From Chiloscyllium plagiosum (lineage: Eukaryota): a DNA stretch of 64,000 bases. Of this stretch, positions 28,001 through 38,533 are shown in pieces; the stretch's first letter is position 1, and each line of letters begins with the position of its first letter. The DNA is taken from NCBI RefSeq assembly GCF_004010195.1, contig NC_057726.1:61731835-61795834 (forward strand), read 5' to 3'. The notes under the pieces were generated by a model. The model was not told the origin of the DNA and did not search any database. It saw only the letters and a list, made by a program, of their open reading frames with translations. Both the position numbers and the translations under genes were made by a program.

Positions 28001-28251
28001 CCTTTCTTAAAAGGTGGTGCAACATTAGCCACCCTCAAATCCGCAGGAACTGATCCTGAATCTATCGAAACTCTGGAAGATAATCATGTGTTGATTGTGT
28101 CTTGGCTCGTGTTCAGCCCTCAATCAACCTCACTGAAGTATGTTATGTGTTCATATAATGTTTCCGTCTGCGGGACATTTTGATGTACAGCGTGAGTACC
28201 ATATTTCCAAAATGACAGTAACAGCATGACAAATGTAGACATTTCGAACAT
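6929..28251 (-). CDS. Spliced gene (7 coding exons, 352 aa): SIRP-like, non-rearranging VJ-C1-TM inhibitory Ig-superfamily receptor
   Basis: Manually assembled exons 28251-28200, 17030-16725, 14460-14164, 12756-12658, 12055-12012, 11162-11052 and 7078-6929. All junctions are GT-AG, with intron phases 1,1,1,1,0,0. Total 1059 nt = 352 aa + stop with no internal stop. Domain order: leader, V, C1, TM, tyrosine-motif tail. Exact orthology (SIRP, NCR3LG1/B7-H6-like or a VJ-C1 family) cannot be fixed without a search. Confidence 0.85.
8159..8440 (+). repeat. Local tandem duplication with a 140-bp period
   Basis: cttcctgaaaggaaattac..acatgcaa..gagcaagccactcggcccttcaagc..ctcaactctacattcctgca starts at both 8159 and 8299. 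The copies are diverged. Confidence 0.85.
8790..10410 (+). mobile_element. Degenerate CR1 LINE (ORF2 remnant and 3' end) in the last intron
   Basis: ORF 9898-10260 contains RLSSLGLYSLKFRRIRDDLIETDRILRG..RTRRHNFKI..MRRNFF, the CR1 ORF2 C-terminus. Confidence 0.8.
11052..11162 (-). CDS. Cytoplasmic exon 2 LRQGPTEESVASAIVNMKANKAPSKHSQKEEHTLYSE
   Basis: Acceptor tttcttag| and donor GAG|gtaagg, 111 nt, phase 0/0. Aligns without gaps to the terminal exon. Confidence 0.85.
11175..11630 (+). mobile_element. CR1 3' fragment
   Basis: gaaggttcagaagagatttaccaggatgttg..aggaggttgagaggtaacc..ggaatgaacttcctgaggaagt, CR1 ORF2 end. Confidence 0.75.
12012..12055 (-). CDS. Cytoplasmic exon 1 (G)KGRSSMEEGQNDER
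   Basis: Acceptor ctttgctttctattag| and donor |gtaggg. Its 44 nt convert phase 1 to phase 0, as required to join the next exon. Confidence 0.8.
12658..12756 (-). CDS. Transmembrane exon (G)IHLPTIFGCAGGALAMLLFIIYFVKLKLKASA
   Basis: Acceptor ...atatgaag| and donor G|gtaaga, 99 nt, phase 1/1. Hydrophobic stretch of about 21 aa with no charged residue, followed by basic stop-transfer KLKLK. Confidence 0.9.
14164..14460 (-). CDS. Ig C1-set domain exon
   Basis: Acceptor tctgttgtag| and donor G|gtaaga, phase 1/1. Motifs FECKTTAFYPEDLRISWLRNG, DGLYEVTSSL and YTCQASH are typical of C1 (CxxxxFYP, W, YxCxxxH). Confidence 0.95.
16725..17030 (-). CDS. Ig V-set (VJ-type) domain exon
   Basis: Acceptor ttttttaatag| and donor G|gtaagt, phase 1/1. 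Translation TKVTSSKVDQFPKQLKAARGDNVSMFCTFP..IFWWR..SSLHVLNVTIADSGMYFCKLRRQQTIIGAGSGSLLTVC has the B-strand Cys, C-strand Trp, DSGxYxC and a J-like GxGSxLTV motif. Confidence 0.95.
17920..19120 (+). mobile_element. Penelope-like element 3' fragment (GIY-YIG remnant and pLTR) with internal duplication and C/A-rich simple repeat
   Basis: GIY-YIG-like remnant around 18500-18640. The pLTR ends ..ctgctgcctgacctgctg..tccagcatctgca..actttctcc. About 120 bp is duplicated (18103-18221 and 18412-18530) around a (CCACACCACACTCC)-like array. Confidence 0.75.
19899..24130 (-). mobile_element. Long CR1 LINE (ORF1 esterase, ORF2 endonuclease and RT), decayed
   Basis: ORF1 SGNH-esterase motifs VVVIGDSIIRGTD..VVFHVGTNN (23282-23608), endonuclease GVMYRPP..ILDLVL, RT DVVYLDFQKAFDKVPH, and a (cataagac)n tail at about 19899-19921. 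Internal 164-bp tandem duplication at 22151-22478. Confidence 0.92.
23672..23990 (-). mobile_element. HE1-type tRNA-derived SINE, full length
   Basis: On the minus strand the head reads ggcacggtggcacagtggttagcactgctgcctcacagcgccagagacccgggttcaattccc (A/B boxes), with a CR1-like tail and (tctaa)n end. Confidence 0.9.
24235..24765 (+). mobile_element. Penelope/Poseidon-type element 3' fragment (GIY-YIG endonuclease and pLTR)
   Basis: ORF 24288-24707 contains NVVYKIPCKDCTRHYVGQTGRQLTIRIHEH..REFLEAWH. A hammerhead motif lies at 24688-24727. Confidence 0.92.
24688..24727 (+). ncRNA. Minimal type I hammerhead-ribozyme motif in a Penelope pLTR
   Basis: GCA-CUGAGGA-U-GUC.ACCU.AGAC.AGGG.GAC-GAAACGUU-UGC: core boxes CUGANGA and GAAA, stem II GUC/GAC plus CCU/AGG, stem I GCA/UGC, palindromic ACGU stem III. 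Equivalent copies at 37953-37992 (-) and 38456-38495 (+). Confidence 0.65.
26786..28085 (-). mobile_element. Relatively young CR1 LINE 3' fragment with an internal deletion
   Basis: RT ORFs GNYRPVSLTSVVGKMLE..LDFQNAFDKVP..GVPQGSVLGP..FSDDTKLGG, and a (caataga)n tail at about 26790. Deletion junction near 27040. Confidence 0.92.
28200..28251 (-). CDS. Candidate leader exon MFEMSTFVMLLLSFWKY (phase 1)
   Basis: ATG at 28251 and hydrophobic core FVMLLLSFW. The phase-1 donor G|gtactc is a weak consensus but joins in frame to VTKVTS|SKVDQ, giving a plausible signal-peptidase site. An upstream acceptor ctctgcag| at 28262 suggests a further 5'-UTR exon. Confidence 0.6.
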
Positions 28252-30249
28252 GTCAAATTGGCTGCAGAGCATTTTGATAGCTCAAGTGGACGCAAAATGC
28301 ATTGCACAAAATCAATGGGAGAATGTACAATGCTATTTCCTAGCACAACAGGAGCATTCCTTTGGAAGGTGCAATCTAAAATATTCGACACATTAAGCTC
28401 ACTGAGAAATGCTTGAGACATAATGTTAATTCTCCATTAAGACTAGACATAACTGCCCTTATTTTCTAAATGTTTCCTGGCTCAGTGTAACTTAATATTG
28501 AGAGTGATTTAGTTCTCTACATGCAGCCAATTGCGCAGTAATTACTTCGAAAGAAAAATATAGATGATTCTCTATTGGATGTTCTCACAGAAAGTAGAAG
28601 ATTTTTTTCTCTAAAGTGAGTTATATTTAACATTGATATTAGGTATTTCATCTGTTTAGCTTAATTGGAAAGTTGGTTAATTCGTACTTGAACTAATTAC
28701 CAATTATTTGGGTTTGATTTCCATTCAGCCTTTACTAGACTTGGAACCTGCCTTCTGTTTCTAAAACTGGAAGTGTAAGGCAATGTGAAACGTCTCTGAC
28801 AAGCTCTGCCAGGAAACGGCGCAAAATGAAGCAACAGCGGGTATTGAAGTAAGGACAAACTCAGAATGACAACGATGATTGAACTGATGTCAGAGTAATA
28901 ACTTCGGATATTGTATTTCAGAATCAACAGGTTGACAAATCGCTAAATATAGAGATTGCAAAACTATTGTAGAAAACTATTGTGTGGTTGGTGGATGCGA
29001 AATTACAAATACATTTCTTAAATTATACTTCTTCCGAAAGTCAAAAAAGGTAACGTGAGCGCGGTGTTCACTAGCACATCCTGAGATGCACGCAGCGTCT
29101 GACCACAAGTTTTTCTGTTATGCTATTAATCGCGAAGTTCTGTTCTCCACCCGATTGCAATGATTACCTAAATGAGAAAAAGCAAGCTAGTCGTTGTGAT
29201 CTATTTTTGTCTTTAAGTTGCAAGTGTTCATCCTTGAACGCCAACAATCCTGTAATGAAAGAAAAATACTTAAAATGAATTCTTCTGCAGCCAAAACGTT
29301 TAACCAGGATGGGGGAATGGCAAATGTGAAGAATTTATAAAAAGATAAAGACGAATTAAGCCGAGAAAAAAACAAAGCTAAAAAAAAGACAGATCTCCTC
29401 ACGCGCACTCACGTATGTAACAGTAAAGCATTTATGCAATGCATCTGTAAAGTATTATCAGGCACTTCACAGGGAATATTATCATTTTGTTTTACCACTG
29501 AGCAAGACTAGAGACTGAAGCTTGATTAAATAGCAAGCTTTAATGGAAGAGACAAACAGCGATTGTCTCTCATTGAAATCAAGAGCTTTGGATATATGTA
29601 GCTCAGAACATATCAATTAATGATAAAAATTAGAGGTGGCCAAGAGATCAGAACTACAGCAAGGACAAGATGCTAGAGGGATATGAAATCAGGTCCGAGA
29701 AATTTAAAATAAAGACATTGCTAGATCAGGAATCAAGATAGATAAACGAACAAAGAGATGATGTTTGAATAGGAATTCGCAGGATTTACTGGCACACCCA
29801 CACAGACATACATAAATGTATAAGCATACATAGACAGTCATGCACACATTCACATAGGGTATAAGTATTCAAATATTTTAATGTATGTAGTTATAAATAC
29901 CTACAATGCAGAGCAGATGAAATGCAATAAATCAGTAGTGAAACTGAAGTTGAAAATAATACTGACGCCGAGAGTATAAGAATCGGTTGGCTATTGAAAA
30001 AAAAACAGAGCTGAAAAGTCTTCTACTAGCCTTTAATTAAACAGATAGCAAAAAAAAAAGTTTTGGTAGTTATTGGTGAAAAACAACAAATTATACTCAG
30101 AGGCACAATGCAAAACTAAGAATGTAATGAATGTTTTGACTGATGTTGACCAAAGCACATGATGACCAGCAACAATATATAGAAGTAGAGAGGGGAGAAT
30201 GAATAAATTGTGTAAAAATGTCTGGCCAGGATGTTCTACAGCCAGGATT

Positions 30250-31140
30250 GCATATGGTGCAAAACCAGCTGGAAGGTCAAGTGGTGAGTATGACATAGAG
30301 TTTGCTAAAAATATAAACAAGTTACATGAGCGGATAATAATTTGAAAAATGTGAGATTATACACTTTGCCAGGAAGAATAGAAGAGCTGAATATTATTTA
30401 AATGAACAAAGACAAAAGAAAGCTATGGAACAGAGATTTTTGAGACTTTGTCCATGAAGCACAAAAGAGCTACGATCCGAGATCAGCAATTAATATGGAA
30501 GGCAACTAGAATGTTACCCTTTAATTCAAAGGGAATGGAGTCTACAAGTGGGGAGGTCTTGCTGAAATTAGACAAGGCAATAATCATGCCATAACTAAAA
30601 AACTGTGAAAAGCTTTAATCCTGTTATATAAGGAAAGGTATAATGGCATTGGAGAAAGTCCAGAAAATGTTGACTGTGTTCATACCAGGTCTGGAAGGAG
30701 TATCTCATGAAGACAGGTTGAGTCAATTCAGTCTTTAATCATTGGAATTTGGAGAGAGAGGTAGTCTTATTTGAAGATAGAAGATTCTTTTGGACCCATA
30801 GGTTAGATGCTTCACGATTGCATCCCCTCATGGCAACGTTTAGGAAAGAGAGCATAATCTCAGAATCAGGGATTGTACATTCAAAACAGAGATGCAAAGG
30901 AGTTTCTTCTCTCAGAGATAAGTTAATCTGTGAACTCCTTCCCACGGAGAGGTGTGCAAGTTGTGCCTTTAATGATATCAATCCTGGGATAGATATATTT
31001 TGAAATAAGTAATGGAATCAAGGGTTATGGTGAAAAAAGCACGAAAGTGGAGAAGAGGATTATTAGACCAGCCATAACATCATTGAAGGTGGAGCAGACT
31101 TGATGGACAACTTCTGCTCCAATGTGTTATTGTCTTATAG
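30250..31140 (+). mobile_element. Degenerate CR1 3' fragment
   Basis: Same family motifs as the element at 1-965. Confidence 0.7.
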
Positions 31141-34100
31141 GTTACGGTTTTTCATCTCTGGGCGCCCTCACAATATGAACATTTTTCTGTCGATCCGTGC
31201 CTCTGCCCCTCCCCCGACTTACACCCCAAAGTCATCAGCATAAAAAACAATTTTGCAGCCCCCTTCAATTCCGAAGAAGAGTTCCACTGGACTCCTAACA
31301 TTAACACTTTTTCTCTCTCCACACATGCAGCTGGACGTGCTGAGTTCCTTTCATGACTACACATATATTGATCAGGTCAGCCCTCGGCTCTTAAATTTCT
31401 CGAAAACATTGCCCCAGCGTGCTCGGATAAGTTGCATTGATGTGCTGTCCTCTCGTGGATTTTGTGCACAGGAACTAAGTGTGTTCTAGCCCAGTCTGAT
31501 ATAACTTTGACATTACTTTTTTACTGATGAATTTTATTCCTTGGATTGTTAATGATCATTCATAATTAACTCGCTACAATGCGTACAATACTACATCCTT
31601 CTTCCATTCTATCCTATTTAGGTTTTACTATTTAAGCATACATGTTCCCCGTTGGAACAGAGCTCTGTTGTTGAACTTACACTGGTTAAAATCCAAAACA
31701 GGATAACATCTTCAAATCTTATACTGAAAATTCCTAAGTCGCAAGAGGAAACATTTTTCTTCACACAAAGATTCTTAGGAACCTGGAACTTGCTCTCCAA
31801 ATGGCTGAAGATATGAACTTTTAAATTGTGAAAGTAGATTTGTGGTAATTAATAATATTCAGGGATCACGTCAATGGTATTAAGGTGCTGGTCAGCCATG
31901 ATCTCAAAAAATGATGACTCAGAAAGAGGCTGAATGGTGTACCGTGTTCCTGAATGTATAACTCAGCTGAAGAAACAGCTGTAGATACATACTATTACAT
32001 TAACACGAATGTTACAAATGTTAAAAGAAAAGATCTGTAAAATTACATGTGGTAAATCTGTAGAACCACGGAGAAATGCTTTCAGTCGCCAATTGCCCCG
32101 ATAGTTCAGTATATTCACCAATTATTTGCCAAAGTAATTTCAGGAAATTGGATGAATGTTGCACTGAAATACAATACAATTCATTTAACTTGATCAATCC
32201 TCAATGGCAACATTGATTATATTACATAAACCACAATGCAAACTCCTGCAACACTGTTACTCAGCAGGCTTGTAAACATATGTATTGTCGATGACATATC
32301 AGACTTTATGTCCAGTTGAGACAGTGTATTTCTAATGTCAAATAGCTCTGATTAATTGAAGTGTGAAGTGCTTTCGGCAACTTTGTCAGACAGTTGATGC
32401 AATCTGGGACGATCATTTTGGTAAGAGTGCTGCATTGAGCAGAGGTCATTTCCAAAGTGATTTCGTCAATGTCCACGGTGTGGAGGTTACAATCTGGAAG
32501 GGGTTATTGGAAGTTGAGTTACTGTTCCACATTCAGATATTTCATACAAATATCTTTGGAAACTGGGAAAGCTGTTAAAATGAGGAAGGCCAGCAGAGTA
32601 AGTTCATTGGACACCTGCATTCAGTGGTATACCACAGGGCTTGATGCAGTGGTCCTTGCTGTTTGATGTGTACATTAATGATGTAGACATGAATGTAAGA
32701 GGTATGATCAGTAAATTTGCAGATGATATGAAAATTTGTTGGTGTGCTAAATATCCAGGACGTTAGCCTTAGTCTGCATGGCAATACTTAGAGATGGCTT
32801 ATATAACATCAATGTGACTGATCACCTTCTACTACTGCACTCAATCCTCATTAAGATGGCAGCAGAACAGGACTCCTATGCCAGGGATCACCCACTCCAG
32901 TCGCATTTCTTCCCTTTTCTCAGCTTTTCATTTACCTCTTGTCCAGAACTTGGATGGTATTGGTGGCAGCAAGGAACGCCACTCCAAACTTGAGTGAAGC
33001 CAATAAACACTCAAGTGGGCTCAGTGTGGATCTGGTGGTGGCAGGGACCCAGCACAGATTTCATGGTAGCGAGTGGACCGTGCACGGCCCATGTAGTGGT
33101 GGCAGGTTAGACCCTAATTACTTTTCCAGGGCCTGGCAATAGAATCAGTAGCTGTACCATCAGCAGGAGCAACGTCAGTGAGGTAGGCCAAGCAGCGAAA
33201 GATGGCATTTGAGGATAAACGACTTTGTCGTTGTTTGGGTGGTGGAAAGGCATCGCACTGACATTGACAAGATAGGCCCAGTGGCGAGAGATGTGACACT
33301 GACATTGGTGGGTATTGGTGGGCCCATTGCAGCTTGTGATGAAGCAGTGGTAGAGGAGAATCGGCCCGTGGCAAAACATGGTCCCTAAAGAATGAAGACT
33401 TCAATGTTGGTTGTACCTATATAGATGATGGCGAGGTGATGGGGGAGGCATGGTGACATAGACATCGATGATGAGCTGGTTCATAACTGATGGACTCTCT
33501 TTAAATTATGTTATTCCATTTTTCTTCCTCTCTTTAAAATTGTAGAAAATGGTACCAGATCACGGGGACAGTGGAAGAGCTTTTCACTAACTTTTACTAA
33601 TTTTTTTGCTGTAAAATACACGTGACTATATATCATTAATTAAAACAGATGGGCTGGTCAAATGGGGCCAAAGAACGCAAAATCTAAATTGAATCCTGAA
33701 AAGTGCAATGTGTTCTATTTTTGGAGGACGAGAAAGGCAAGACACTGGGAAATGCAACAAATCAGAAGGATCTTCGCATGCATGTCCATAGATCCTGGAA
33801 GGCAGCACTCAGATAGATATGGTGGGTTAGAAGGCATTATGGGATGCTTGCCTTTTTTTAGTCAAGTCATTGAATGCAACATCGAAGAGAGTATGATTGA
33901 ACTGTATATAACATTAGTTAGACCACAGTTGGAGTACTGTGTGTCGTTCTGGTCACTTCACTGTAGAATGTGATTGCACTCGAGAAGGTGCATCCATCCG
34001 GATTTTAGTTGGTTATGAAATTGGTTTACTTCATTTCTTGTCCATTCAAAGTATTTTGTAACAAATAATTGTTCTGTTAAGCAGTGGCTAGTATTACCTT

Positions 34101-35852
34101 AGTAACTGAGAAAACATTCCTGTTTTGTAAAAGTTGGTGAAATCTTAAAAAATGTCTTCCAAAGCACTGATAAGGTTATAGATCATAAGATCTTAAGAAA
34201 TAGGAGCAAGAATAGGCTATTCAGCTATCGTGTCTGCTCCACTATTCAGTATAATCTTGGTTGATTTGATTGTGGCTTGAACTCCACTTTTCTACTTTCT
34301 CCAAATAACCTTTTACTCCTTTATCTGTCAATACTTTGTATAGTTCACCCTTCGATTTATTCAATGACCCAGCCTCCATTAGTCTCTGTGGTGAAAAAGA
34401 AATCCAAACTGTATTGCTCTCTGAGAAGAAATATTTGCTCATCCCCCTCCTAAATTATTAAATCAACTTATTCTTATATTTAGTCCCAAAGTTCTCTTTT
34501 GAATAAAGAGTCTTTCAAATAGCTTCATATCATTTAACTCCCAATGACCAGAGAAGATTGTTGTCCTTTGTGAGGTATGTTTGTTGTGAAGATAGAATGG
34601 AGGTAATGCTGCAGCAGCTATTGTTCTCGGATGATTTGCTTTTCACGTCCAGTCTGAAAACTATGGTCTAAATGTACATCTGCAAAGAACATTCACTTCC
34701 CCATCTTATAATTAATATGGAATTATTTATTGAGTTTCAACACCGTTGCATTCATAAAGATGTGGCACGCCTTTGACAGTATCTCAGTACAAATAATTCC
34801 CAACAATGATCATCAACATCTATTTTTTAATCAATATTCCCAAGAAATGTCATGATGCTATAAAGTGATAGCGGAGATAGCAGCATCTGCAGAATAGTAA
34901 TGGAAATATAAGACCGGCAAGTGTTAGTATTAATTCAAAAAGCAAGAACATCCAAAGATATACCAGTCAGTGTAATCAACAGAACGTGTGCATTTTTTTT
35001 TGTTTTAAAATGTCAAAACAAAATGCCAACAAATGAAACAGTTTGTGCTGTCACATGTTAAGAACCATGCCCATGTCTTCTATAAAATGATAAACAAGGG
35101 AAAGATTCTAAAAGAAACCTTGAAAGTTGGAACTGATTCTGGCAGGAATGTGAAGTGAATTGTGAGACATTTGGCAGCTGAATGTAATTCAACTGCAAGA
35201 TGGCGCTGTTTCTTAAGAAGTGCACAAAATGTTATAAGTCCCCACTGTGGTTTTTTTGTTCAGCTCTCCGGTCCACGAACCGCTCCTCACCATGTCACCA
35301 CCGATAAGCCAGTTGCTCTGACTCGCCTTGAAAGAGTGGGAATGTGCAACACAGCATGATTTGTTCCTTTAACCTCAATTTTGAAGGGCAGCAAAAACTG
35401 TAAAAACTAATGTAAAAATACAGATAGAGTCATACCCGTAGAGATGCACAGCACACAAACAGACCCTTTGATCCAACTGGTCCCTGCTGACTAGATAACC
35501 TAAATGTATCCAGTCCCATTTTCCCCACTTGCCTCATATTCCTCTCCACTCCTCCTATTCATATACCCATCCAGATGTCTTTTAAATGTTGTAATTGCAC
35601 CAGCCTCCACTACCAGTTCATTCTATATACACACCACCCTCTGCGTGAAAATGTTGAATCTTGCCCCTCTTGCACTCAACCAATGCTCTCTCGCTCTAGA
35701 CACGTCCAACCCAGGGAAAAGACCTTGTCTATTATACTCTATCCATGTCCCCCATGATTTTAAAAACTTAGGTCATCCCTCAGCCTCTGACGCTTCAGGA
35801 AAAACAACCCCAGCCTCTTCAGCCTCTCCCGATAGCTCATGTCGTCCACAGT

Positions 35853-36080
35853 GGGTAGCATGGTGGCTCAGTGGTTAGTGCTGTTGCCTCACAGTGCCAG
35901 GGACCAAGGTTTGATTCGAATCTCGGGCGACTGTCTCTGTGGAGTTTGTATATTCTCCCTGTGCATAGTGTTCAGGGATGTGTAGGTTAGGTGCATTAGT
36001 CAGGGAAAATGTAAACCACTTGGGTCTGGGTGGGTTACTTGTTGGGTCAAATGGCCTGTTTCCACACAGTGGGGATTCTT
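35853..36080 (+). mobile_element. HE1-like SINE (internally deleted), within a CR1 remnant at about 35420-36860 (-)
   Basis: tRNA-like head gcatggtggctcagtggttagtgctgttgcctcacagtgccaggga, and tail ggcctgtttccacacagt. Confidence 0.75.
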
Positions 36081-36236
36081 CTATGAAACACATAGCCATG
36101 GGTGACTTGGGGAAAGATGGAGAAAATAAAGGGAGAAAAACAATAAAATGTGTTTAACTGTCAATGGATTAAACAATACCATTAACACAAATGGGGGCAA
36201 AAGGGCAAGGAGATGTCATGAAATATCTTTAAATGG

Positions 36237-36512
36237 ATGGCGTGCTGGCTTAATGGTTAGCACTGCTGCGTCACAGCACGAGGGTCCCAGGTTTGATTCC
36301 AGCCTCGGTTGATTATCTTTGTGGCGTTTGCACATTCTCCTCGAGTGTGCGTGGGTTTCCTCCAGGTGCTACAGTTTCCTCCCACAATCTGAAGCTATGC
36401 AGGTCAGGTGAATTGGCCATGCTAAATTGCCCATAGTGTTAGGTGCATTAGTCAGAGGGACATGGGTCTGGTTGGGCTGAAGGGCCTGTTTACACACTGT
36501 AGGGAATCTGAT
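36237..36512 (+). mobile_element. HE1-like SINE
   Basis: Head ggttagcactgctgcgtcacagc..ggtttgattcc, core gcaggtcaggtgaattggccatgctaaattgccc, tail gaagggcctgttt. Confidence 0.8.
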
Positions 36513-37878
36513 TAAACATACTTTTAAATCTTTTCTGAACCCTTGCAAGTTTCATAACATCTTTCCGACAGTAGAGAGACCAAAATTGCACATAATATTC
36601 GAATCATGGCCTAACCAGATGCAACATGACCTCCCAACTCCTATACTTAGTGCTCTGACCAACAAAGGAAAGCACACCAAATGCCTTCTTCACTATTCTA
36701 TCTACCTGCGATTCCACTTTCAAGGAACTGTGAGCTTGCACTCTAATGTCTCTTTGTTCAACAAAACTCCTGAGGACCATACCATTAAGTGCACAAAGCC
36801 TTGCCCTGAGTTATCTTTCCAAAATGCAGCACCTCATATTTATCTAAATTAGATTTTATCTTCCTAAAATTTCAAAAATGAACTAAATGTAGAAACGAAG
36901 TGCACGATTAATTATATTTGGAATATTAAGGCCCAATGTTGTGAGCTACAGGACAAAAACATTTTGGACCATGGAAGACAAATGGATGCGATTAAAGAAC
37001 GGACATCCAACAATTCGGATTGAATGGGTTTACAAAAGATGAGATGAGAAAGGTGTCAGAGGTTAGTAATTTCACGAGTAGAGCTGTGGTTTGAAGAAAT
37101 CTGTGTATTTCTTCTGATCACATTAATACAGATGTTCCAGTGACAATAGCTGTATTAATCGCTGTTTCTACTCCATGGTTTCCAATTCCAGAAAACTTTA
37201 ACCCTCCCTAACATGGCACATTGTCTGCAGATTGGTCTCCAGCTCCTCCACTCTGATCCAACTTTGAGCTGCACACACTTGCTACAAACGAGTTCACTTG
37301 GCATCACATGATGTTCAGCAGCTTCCACATGCTGTAGCAGTAACACATTATCTGACCTGTCTCATCTATCATTTATAGTTTAGGTTAGTTTATTAATTCA
37401 ATGCTCTAATATAACTGCTCTTTAAACATTATTGCAAATGCTTAAATACCAGAATCAATCTTATGCTGAAACTTATTTTAAGAAAAAGAGAGAAAAAAGG
37501 CAAGAGACCCAAATACCTTACTTTCACTTTGAAGATTATAAACATTGACCAATACTATTCACTGCTTGGCTCCTTTTTATGGCGAACGAAACAACCATAC
37601 ATCTGTCTCATTCCTTCACTCAACTCCTTGAAACAATTAACACGAATACTCTCAACTGATACATTGCACTAAGTTGGCTATTTATACATGCTCCCATCAC
37701 GAAGCCACGTAATAAGGATCCAGATTCAGCTGTTTTTTGATTCAGCTGCATTTTCACTGCAACGTTTGATAAAAAAAAAAGTGGTTTAAGACTTGCAACT
37801 GCAGAATTTAAACTGCAGATTTCAGTTCAATACAAACTGCAAACAAATTTCAAAACAAGGCTAAATAGCTGAACGATT

Positions 37879-38533
37879 CAAAGTTTGTGAGAAGATTTGT
37901 AGCTCGGGTGCTCGTTGCTGTGGTTCTGTTCGCCGAGCTGGAAGTTTTTGTTGCAAACGTTTCGTCCCCTGTCTAGGTGACATCCTCAGTGCTTGGGAGC
38001 CTCCTGTGAAGCGCTTCTGTGGTGTTTCCTCCGGCATTTATAGTGGCCTGTCCCTGCCACTTCCGGTTGTCAGTTTCAGCTGTCCGCTGTAGTGGCCGGT
38101 ATATTGGGTCCAGGTCGATGTGTTTGTTGATGGAGTTTGTGGATGAGTGCCATGCTTCTAGGAATTCCCTGGCTGTTCTTTGTTTCGCTTGCCCTATAAT
38201 GGTAGTGTTGTCCCAGCCAAATTCATGTTGCTTGTCGTCTGCGTATGTGGCTNNNNNNNNNNNNNNNNNNNNNNNNNNNNNNNNNNNNNNNNNNNNNNNN
38301 NNNNNNNNNNNNNNNNNNNNNNNNNNNNNNNNNNNNNNNNNNNNNNNNNNNNNNNNNNNNNNNNNCAGCTGAAACTGACAACCGGAAGCGGCAGGGACAG
38401 GCCACTATAAATGCCGGAGGAAACACCACAGAAGCGCTTCACAGGAGGCTCCCAAGCACTGAGGATGTCACCTAGACACGGGACGAAACGTTTGCAACAA
38501 AAACTTCCAGCTCGGCGAACAGAACCACAACAG
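37879..38533. mobile_element. Inverted (tails-out) Penelope insertion spanning an assembly gap
   Basis: The left arm (-) and right arm (+) both match the 24235-24765 family. 13-bp TSD tagctgaacgatt at 37866-37878 and 38534-38546. Confidence 0.88.

Noticed and set aside
28697-28927. 76-aa minus-strand ORF with a hydrophobic stretch, considered as a leader or TM exon
   Set aside because: No phase-1 donor follows the hydrophobic segment, and no family resemblance was recognised.
1-31140. Similarity between 1-965 and 30250-31140, considered as a segmental-duplication boundary around the gene
   Set aside because: The similarity is confined to CR1 sequence and I saw no matching unique flanks.
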